A stretch of DNA of 64,000 nt from Macrostomum lignano (lineage: Eukaryota): assembly GCA_002269645.1 (NCBI GenBank), contig NIVC01001050.1:307683-371682 (forward strand), written 5' to 3'. Positions 46,216-64,000 of this stretch are shown here, in pieces; position 1 is the first letter of the stretch, and each line of letters starts with the position of its first letter. The notes below the pieces were generated by a model. The model did not search any database. It saw only the letters and a list, made by a program, of their open reading frames with translations, and was not told the DNA's origin. The translations under genes and the position numbers were made by a program.

Positions 46216-47846
46216 TTGGGTTGCGGAGGCAATTCTGGTTCACTGTTTATTGGCCTATGGTTTGGTAGTCCTAAATATCAGGAATACTGTATGTGATCAG
46301 GGGTATATTTGCCACGTTTGCACCCCATTTTCCAGTGCGCGATCACGACTAAGCCATCTGGGTTGCTTTCTGATAGTATAAAAATAGGTACTGTATTTTT
46401 GCATCCATCAGTTGCTACCTATTGATTCTGTTTGCTTCCCGGAAAGAGACCTCATTGTCTGTAGCAGCATCCATCGATTTCTTCCCTCTTCCCATCATTC
46501 TTCAGGCCTCAGCAAGAACTCAAAGTAATTGTCTATCTATCTGAGGTGGAGCTTTATCTCCGCGTATTACGCCTTTAGTAGTCTCTGCTTCTCAAACAAC
46601 TTCCTCTCCATATTAGGTCATAGCTGAGGTAGAAAAGCTTTGCAGAGCATTCACTCCACTCTTCTACTCTTTGGTAGTTGGCCTGAGCCTGTACGAGCGA
46701 GTGACTTTAACTTGGCCAAACTAACCAACAATATTTTCCCTAGGAAATAAGGAATGACTTGGGGTCAACTTTGCAAATAAATAACCGTTTAAGTGACAGG
46801 AAATTATACATAGCTTTGCTACACGCACCAGATCGATCTATTCAACAGAAAGCTGCCATTAAGAGGCCTGTTCATTGTTTCATTCGGCGGGAGATAATTC
46901 TTGCCTGCGTGCATCCAGAATGAAGGGTAGATGAGCAACAGAGAAAGACAGTCAGTCAATGCACACTGAATGACAATGGAACTCACCTCGTGCATTCACT
47001 GTCAATCCCCCTCTACCCTAACTAGGGGAGGAATCCCAAAATTTGGAGGCACGGAAATTTTCTGCCTCCAATTAAATTGCAGCTAATGCTACGTCCATCC
47101 TGCTTCTACTCCATTGCAGAGTTGTCAAGGACAAATGGTTTTGAGCGCACTTGCAGTGCTCAGAAACTCTTGCCTAATAAAACGGCACTTGGCTTATTAA
47201 ACAGCTTTCAGACGCTAGAGGGCCATAAACAAAAAAGCCTGAGAAGTTGATAAAATTTAGTAACTCTTGAGCTATAGTTTTTCTTGGCATTTGATCTGAA
47301 AAAACTTGGAACTGACGCCACATTACAGTGCTTAAAATAGCTATTGAGCTAAAAATAGTTCTAGAGTTGGCGTCATGTAGTGGTGCTAATAAAGTAGTGC
47401 TAGTGATAATGACGTCATTAAAAATAGCTGACAAAAAGCCAATGGATGATTACTGGATGCGTGAGAGTGAGAGTGAGAGACTAGTCGAGTATCCCGAGAA
47501 GTTGACGTTTGCCCACTGTCGAGGCTTTGTAAGAAAATCCGGATCTTTGAAGATACAGAAGCTCCACCTGGTGGCGACCAAAGTCAGAGCTGATGCAGAC
47601 GCGTGTGGTCAACGTGATGATGAAATTTACCTTCTGGCAGAGTTGTTTGAATATCTCGACCGTCCGGAGGGCTGGCGACTTGATTCTTTTTTTGAGAGAA
47701 AGTGCACAACAAAAATTTGGCCCCTGTTCCTGAATTTTGTGTGCCTGATTCGCTCTGTTCGTTGAGATGCAGAAGAATAGATTGTCCGCTGGTAGTTTGC
47801 TCAATTTAAGCCTTAGGCAAATAATGTCATTAAATCTGTTTTTCAG

Positions 47847-56915
<9,069 letters not shown>

Positions 56916-57294
56916 ACTTTGTTGACAAAATATTTTTACTTCTGGACTAAAGAAATTAGTTCAAGCATGCGGTTTTGTGTGTCGCTTTTTACTCTGACTA
57001 TAGAATAGAGTTTTGTAGATTCACTGGATTGGATAGAAATCTGCTGTAGACGGCTCATTTTTGACGTGATGATTTCTGGTTAACCATTGAAAAGCTCTTG
57101 AAGTTTCTCGCCCTTCTATTTATCGCATAGGGATGATTGTTTTGTGCGTACGAGCTAATTTTGGTTCTGGGAGTCATCTAAGAGAAAATTTTTGAGCAGG
57201 GGTCGGCAGACTCTGGTCGCAAAGCCTCTTTATCCGGCTCTCGGGTCCTTTGAAACTTCACAATAGCAATCCGCCCCCCTCTCAGGGTTCATCT

Positions 57295-57645
57295 CTTCTC
57301 AGCCCTCTCCTCTCCTCTCCTCTCCTCTCCTCTCCTCTCCTCTCCTCTCCTCTCCTCTCCTCTCCTTCTCTCTATCCTCTCCTCTCCTCTCCTCTTCTCT
57401 CTCTTCTCTGTCTTCTCTCCTCTGACGAAGAGCCCAGAGGCTTGAAACCGGTAGCCTATATCGCTCGTACTAAATTTTTAACACGCCGTGACTTCTCTTC
57501 TCTCTCTTTACTTCTCTCTCTTCTCACCTCTCCTCTCCTCTCCTCTCCTTTCTCTTTCTTCTTTCCTCTCCCTTCTGTCCCTTCTCGTCTCTCTCCTCTC
57601 CCATCTCATCTCCCCTCTCACCTCTCCCTTCTTCTTTCCTCTTTG
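57295..57645. repeat. (CTCTC)n-type pyrimidine tracts downstream of SLC9B
   Basis: Direct observation. Confidence 0.9.
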
Positions 57646-59914
57646 ATCTAGCCCGCAGTCATGAGCTGGATTCTTTATCTGTCCCTTGAGGTAAGACAAG
57701 TTCATCCGACAGGTGGAAGATGTTAAATGTACCGGGAAACTATGGACAAAAATGGGATATTATTTCATAAATAGTCCTGTATTGCAACTGCGATTAACAA
57801 AAAAACTGCCATTTTTGCTTCGCAAACAAGGTTGAAAATATCTAGAAAGCCTTTTTTAAATATATAGTAGTTTGTTTATGTATCGTAGCATTAAATATCG
57901 GCGTTAATAAACTTTAAGGGCCTGAGCTTATAGTAACAAAGTTGAAGCATGCAATCCTGAAATCAAGAACTACTCAAGTAGTCCTTGTCTGAAATATGCT
58001 CATATTCAACATATTCATTTTCAATTTCTTCATGAATTGTTGCTATTGTAAATTAGAAGCAATTTTACCAGAAATTGATGCTATATACTTGAAATCTTGA
58101 AATCTTCTTCAGTTTTGTAGTTCTGCGGTGAATTTTTCAGGGGCGTTGCATATAAATAGCTATATTTGTCGTCATGCCATGCCTCGCATTCATATTTTTT
58201 CTTATTAAGTTAATATTTCAGGACACAAATGCTCTAGCATCATTACAGTGTACTTTTGTTTATGTGGTGAAAATATCAATTCAAATTCAATTTACAAGGT
58301 GTTGATTCGGTGGCAACTGGCATGCTCAATGCTGTAATGATCAAATCTTGAAATCTTGCTCAGTTTGAGCCGTCTCAGTTGCCTTGCCGCACATCAAACT
58401 GTTCACAATTTATGTTTTCCCGTATTTTTGTTAACAATTACGCCGACCTCATGATCCCCCCGTCTGTTGCGCCTTGTGACGCACTCAAAGTGAATGCAAC
58501 ACTTGTTTTTTTCTCATTTTCCTCTTTTATTTATTATTAGTTGAGAGAACACTTCGACGAGCATTTTGTTTAACAATATCTCGATAGATTGATCCTTTTG
58601 TACTATTTTTTCTACCATAAGTAGTCGCAGAAATACATCGCTCTCAAAACACTGTCATTTTAATTCGCCTTCATCGATCTATTGCAAATACAAGGAAAAG
58701 CAATAGACAAATCTTTCTACACAATGCCTGGTTGTCCGAAAGCGAGATTTCATTAATCAAAGTGAGCTTAAACAAAGTGGATTGTATTGTTCTATTAAAA
58801 TTGCATAGCTACAATAGGACGAGTGTTACCAAAATCTTGATGACTGTTCATTTCTCCAGGAGTTCAGATTCATAATACATGTAATTTATAAAATTTTATG
58901 TACATTTTAATCAGAACTATCAGTACGTAAGGTTGGTTGAATCAATTGTAGCAAAGATTTGGTGCACCCTGCCTTAACTAATGTCTTCGGGGACATTGTC
59001 CCCACAACCAAAGTTGAGGGCACAACAAGCGCACATAGATATTGTACGCTCACACAGGATGTACATTGTACAGCCGCCCATGACTTTCCAATAGTCAGTC
59101 ATGTACGTACACTTGATCTCTGTTGCTATGAGGGCCAGTCCGAGGTTCTGACTGATGCCATGCATCCACATGCAGCCATGCTATGCTACAGTGTGTGCTG
59201 CGTGCTCTTCTTGAGTGCTTTATAATTTGTAGATTACTAAATTCGATTGATAGAACTTTGTTGAGAACGTAGTATATTTATTACCTACAATCATTACCTA
59301 CTTGCAACAGAAGTTCTTGTAGACACAAAACCCCATTTTTTGTACCGGTACACGATATTGCGTCATTAAGTGGCAATTTATAAGCGGGTCATTAAATATT
59401 AGTGAGCCATTGCATTACAAATTGTGTAAAATGGGGGATAAAAACTATCAGAGTAAACATTAGGGAAAGATCGCTGCAAGAATTGTCTACCCCAAGTAAA
59501 CTTTTATGAATAAAAATAGCGAAATATTTATAAGCTATTAAAACACAAGTTTTGTCCTATATAGTTCTCGCGGAGCATTCTCGAGGATAACATAAACGTT
59601 TTAATATCAATTATTATTGGCTTTCAGTTCGGAGTTGCCGGTACATTCCGCGTCCTACATAAAATCAATCACCTTGATTACTGTCTATATCGATATTATT
59701 AGGTAAGCATCTGGATCCTAGTTGGCTGCCACCACTTCAGGCCAATTCCCAGAAAGCATTCGAACAGCATCAAATACTATACTGATACAACAAACAACTT
59801 ACAACTTTTGTTAAATATCAATAGAAAGAAGGCTGAATTCAACCTCGCCAGAACTACACACACAGTTTAAATCAAATAGCATTGTTTTTTTTTAGTCTGC
59901 CACAGGTTCCCGAT

Positions 59915-60664
59915 TTATTTTTTCAGGTGCACATCCAGATATTCGTCGCTCTGGAACTCGCTGTTTGGTGGTGGCAGGTCATCCTCGGCCAGGGAATCGC
60001 ACGATACGGCGTGCTCGTTAACAAACGGCCCCGATAGAGCCAGTCGGTTCAGTTGCAGCTGGTCATAAGGCTGCTGGTCCTCCGGCATGCCAGCTGGTTG
60101 CAGGTTGGGCAGACCGGCGGGCACCAGGTTGCCAATCGCCGCCGGACCAAAAGCCATGCTGGGTCTACGAGGCTGCTGGAACTCCGAGTTCCGAATCGCA
60201 TTTGTTGGAACTACAGCAGCACCCGAAGCAGCCACCGAGCTAGTCGCAGTTGGGGTTGTCCCAGCAGCCGACCCGACGCTAAAAAATGTTGGCCTACGGT
60301 CCAACTCCAATACGGCGTGGCTCAAATCCAGCCGGCGTTGTTCTTCGTTGTCGTGGCAGCTGTCCCAGCTGAGAGCGCCGCCTTGCCTGTACATGGACGC
60401 CGTGGCGGCGGCGGCCGACATACTTTGCCTCTGGAAACTGTTGTGCACCCAGCCGGTGTCGCCAATGTCTGAATCGGCCGAGCCTTGTCTGCGAAGCTTA
60501 GCGCAGATGTACATAAGACCCAATGCAAACATGGTCAATAACAGGATTAGCAAGCTGGCAAAGCCGGACACAACTAAATTACTGGCGTTTAGGCTATAGG
60601 TTGAGCCAGTTGAGTTTGCTACAGCTGAACCCGGGTTGTCCGTTGCTGAACTCATGATCGGCAT
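59915..60664 (-). CDS. Uncharacterised single-pass membrane protein (249 aa from ATG 60664; frame open to 61045)
   Basis: GC-rich frame in AT-rich surroundings; NST/NAS sequons; hydrophobic LVVSGFASLLILLLTMFALGLMYIC followed by the basic stop-transfer AKLRR; low-complexity tail; TAA at 59917. The true start is uncertain. Confidence 0.72.
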   Translation of the reverse strand: MPIMSSATDNPGSAVANSTGSTYSLNASNLVVSGFASLLILLLTMFALGLMYICAKLRRQGSADSDIGDTGWVHNSFQRQSMSAAAATASMYRQGGALSWDSCHDNEEQRRLDLSHAVLELDRRPTFFSVGSAAGTTPTATSSVAASGAAVVPTNAIRNSEFQQPRRPSMAFGPAAIGNLVPAGLPNLQPAGMPEDQQPYDQLQLNRLALSGPFVNEHAVSCDSLAEDDLPPPNSEFQSDEYLDVHLKK

Positions 60665-63104
60665 GCAGTCGGTCACAATGTGGCTACAACCCTGTGTAGT
60701 TGAGGCATGTGGAATGAATTGACGGATAATTGCTTTTCTATGCGCATTTGCTGCATCCAACTGCAGGTTGAAGCGCATTTTGTTAAACACAGAGAGCGCT
60801 AAACATGGCTTAGCTGCGTTAAATGATGAAAATCTCTGTATACACACACGAGCGCACGAGCCATAGTTGCCAAGTGAAGAAGCAGTGTTAGCTATGGCAA
60901 CTGTAATTGACTCTACTATTAGCAAGATGTGGTTGGACCGGAAGCTCTTGCAAAAATTGGTCACTTTATAATTATACTGCTTAGCTAAACTGATTAAATG
61001 CGTTAAAAGGGCTAAAAGATGTTCATTTCCATGCAAATGTCGCACTATTATATTTTGAACAATTTTGTTTTACAAGAGATTATAATTCGTTTCGCACCGA
61101 TGCACGTAAAAGTCTAGCCTAGAGAGCTTTGTAGGTACAACACAGTAGTTGTCCGTAATGTGTGCATAATGTACTGAGTCGAAGGACGGGAAACTACATT
61201 TCTTAGAAAATGTAAGGAGGCTATCTTTTCAACGAAAAATACACACTACGGAGATAGGAATTAACTTTTCATGTTTTTCATATTAAAGTTCTTATTACTT
61301 TCGATAGAGGCAGACCCAATGCTCATCTTTTGATAGGTTTTGCCTATGTTATAGCGATCTATTGATATTTACAAAGCTTTTTGTTCAGAAAATTAGAATT
61401 TATGTCAATTTTTTATTCTACGTACAGTTGCATAGTCCTGTGCTAAAAACCATATATTAAAATGACACGGCTCAGCTCATTGGCGTTATGAATGTAGTTT
61501 TATCATTCTTAGCTGACTGTGTAACAAAATGTGTAACAGAAATGATACCGGTCCTTACTTGTCGAGTTGTCATTGAATGTACACTCACATTGTAATTACG
61601 ATTATGCATTGATTGAATCAATAGCCCATTGACAAAAGTGCTACAAATTGGGACTCATAGTACTCATAAGTACTCATGGCTAACTGAACGTCAGTAAAAT
61701 TAAATTTAGGTCTAATGTATATACTCACACGCATCTGCAACTCGAAGGACAATGGGAACGCGTGGATCAGACAATAATTGTAAATTGAATGAGTAATGTA
61801 CATTTTATCTATACTATTTTTTCTACGATTCACAGCTTCAGATTGGTACTCGATCGTTGATCCATTCTGAGCTATTACATAGCACACATTAATTAAACTT
61901 TCTACGAAAGTTTATGGTATTTCTTCGGTGCGACTGCAAAGGTTATTTCATTTACGTGCAACATATACACATTCACGGAGTACAATACAGTAACTGGTTG
62001 GTCGATTTCAACTTGAGTTAATCTTAAAAGGGGCTTCAGTTCTTAAATCCTAAATTAAATCTTTTAATTCTTAAAACTCCGCCAGTGTTGCGACAATAAA
62101 TGACCTTTTTTACGTTGTGACAACAAGTGACCTTCCTTTTTTATTGCCTTATAGAATCTTTTTGAAAAATTTTTGGGTATTTTTTCTGCTTTCTTGCAAT
62201 ACTATTTACAGTTGAAAATTGATACATCGATAGATTTGTTTAAATGCTTAATTACAAGCTTTAAAACCTAGAAAGAGTGGGAAATTTACGCTTATAAATG
62301 TGAGCACTCTTTTTTTCACCTTTTTTCTACTTCACAGTAACTCTTCTGCATGATTCTATAACGTGCACGCCAGGTATATTTTATCAGGAGTGATACACGC
62401 CAACTGTGCATGCCTACTTTTGGCGTGCAAGGCCAATGTACGCCCGAATTTTCGGGCGTATACTACATGATCCGGAGTGTGGCTACCATTGAGGATTGAA
62501 TGTCTTTACAAAAATTTACTTTTAAGAAGTATATATGTTTTACTTTTAAACAAATTTCACATTGCATTAGACCTACCACTTCTCACATTCTCTGGCTGGT
62601 GTAGCTATAGCCTAATAATCAGCTACAATTTTCTGAGTTGCCTATTGCCATAATGTCTGGTTGACAAAATGCTAGTTGACAAAATGTCAATCACTGTAAA
62701 TGCTATAGTCATAGTCAGATGTTACAATTGGCATTATACAAGATGGCATAAAGCATAACCATGGTTTAACACATTTTTTGGTACTAAACTATGCTTATAA
62801 CTCATTATTTCAATCTATTAGGCCTACAAGGATTGGATACAAGTAGATATGCTGCAACCTTCAAATACCAAGGGAGGAAAGAGGGAGTAAAATAGGATAG
62901 AAAGGGATTAGAGAGAGAGGATAGAAGGGGAGTAGACTTAAATTTAATTTTGTAGACTTTTTATTCAATCAGAAAGCTAATAGGCGTAGGTGGGAGGTAT
63001 CAATTTTAATCTTTGTGTACAACTGCAAAGATTCATCTTTTTGCCTTCCATAATACATTGGCTATGTATTATAATATAAACTTTTGGAAATTTCCTCTCT
63101 ACAC

Positions 63105-63678
63105 GAATTCCAGTTGTTTCGCCCCAAACCATTTTGGCCATACATTTGCCCATAGTCCATTTTGCCCATAGTCCATTTTGCCCATAAACTAGTTTGGCAA
63201 TGGTCATTACGGCCAAAATGGTGATTATGTATTTTAGAGATACACATACATGTATCTTTATTTTTCAATGCTAATTTTTAGTTTTAATTTGTAATAAAAT
63301 ATTATCTGAATTGTTGCCACAACAATTGTGTTATTGCGTAATTGCAATTTTGTTTATTACAATACAACACATGTTTTTTTTAAGTCATTCCTTTTCAAAA
63401 GTGCAGTAATTATTTAAACCAATTTGTACAATTAGAAGGTGAGAAAGGATTTCTCAGTCAATTAAAGCACAAAGCATAAAACCGTGATAAAGTATAAAGT
63501 AAAAATGGTTGTCAGCAGTGCTCTTGGCACTTTTGTATCATCTCGCATACTTTGTTCATTTCAACCCTAGTACAAATTAGAGGCAAAACAGTCCATGGCC
63601 AAAACGGTCTGTGGGCGAAATGGTCTGGGGGCAAAATGTCCATGGCCAAAACGTTTATAGGCAAAATGACTGGTTATC
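63105..63678. mobile_element. Non-autonomous foldback/MITE-like DNA transposon with subterminal ~15 bp repeats
   Basis: Left arm has repeated CCATTTTGCCC; right arm has inverted GGCAAAA/GGCGAAA repeats. Termini GAATTCCAGT / ACTGGTTATC; flanks CTCTACAC and TTCTACAC (8 bp duplication, 1 mismatch). Confidence 0.7.
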
Positions 63679-64000
63679 TTCTACACACTAGTATTCAATG
63701 CAATATCAATAATGTATATAGCTTAACTATTGTATCTTTTTCAAAGACTAGGGGCATGTTTGCAATTTTTTTGATAAAAGCAGCCTTATCTAGAGTATAG
63801 CAGTCATAAAAGTATATTCTTTATTGTATATAGAGAAGTAAATTCTTTTTACATTTTTAAGGAATTAATAATTTGGTTCTTAACAGGCATTTTGGACTTA
63901 GGTTATAAAATATAACATACAAGGCACTATATACTATATAGAGCAAGGTTACCCCAAAATAGGCATTTAATAATATTCTTATACTTTTTAGGGCCTATGT

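Noticed and set aside
45074-46296. Protein-like 21 aa repeat ORFs (DPPPLQNPSDSDDKNRRPLYT) open in most frames
   Set aside because: Unit-to-unit differences in the best frame are non-synonymous (D/G, P/Q, R/K, L/M, Y/H), so there is no sign of coding constraint. The open frames follow from a stop-poor 63 bp unit.
46625-46646. Second let-7 seed, TGAGGTAGAAAAGC
   Set aside because: Only about 8 pairs are possible with downstream sequence and there is no precursor hairpin. A 7-8mer is expected by chance at this window size.
47328-47765. 145 aa ORF upstream of the main SLC9B exon
   Set aside because: No recognisable motif and no clear way to join it to the antiporter frame.

Overview
This is eukaryotic (animal) genomic DNA, not prokaryotic. 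Coding exons are GC-rich, and most introns carry their own minisatellite. That organisation resembles a repeat-rich invertebrate such as a Macrostomum-type flatworm (inference only). Three multi-exon genes can be assembled with GT-AG junctions and consistent phases: ACADVL (minus strand, ATG at 9422, running off the left edge), a CDKL1-type kinase (plus, 24930-32668, with a possible in-frame upstream exon at 19501-19673) and an SLC9B/NHA-type Na+/H+ antiporter (plus, 43929 or 47850 to 56915). The antiporter has a 1-nt frameshift at about 49068 and a His-rich tail. There is also an orphan single-pass membrane protein ORF (minus, 59915-60664+), two opposed fragments of one APE-type non-LTR retrotransposon family, three tRNA-headed CORE-like SINE copies, a foldback MITE, and about 30 tandem arrays, one with a 5x21-bp higher-order repeat. 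The best candidate for something undescribed is an intergenic pri-miRNA-like hairpin (15753-15879) whose 5' arm begins with the let-7 seed (UGAGGUA). About 0.8 kb downstream on the same strand is a minisatellite carrying the lin-4/miR-125 5' nonamer (UCCCUGAGA). Other leads are an intronic array of CLEAR/E-box palindromes in ACADVL and a perfect X-box near CDKL. No complete new multi-gene system can be demonstrated from sequence alone.
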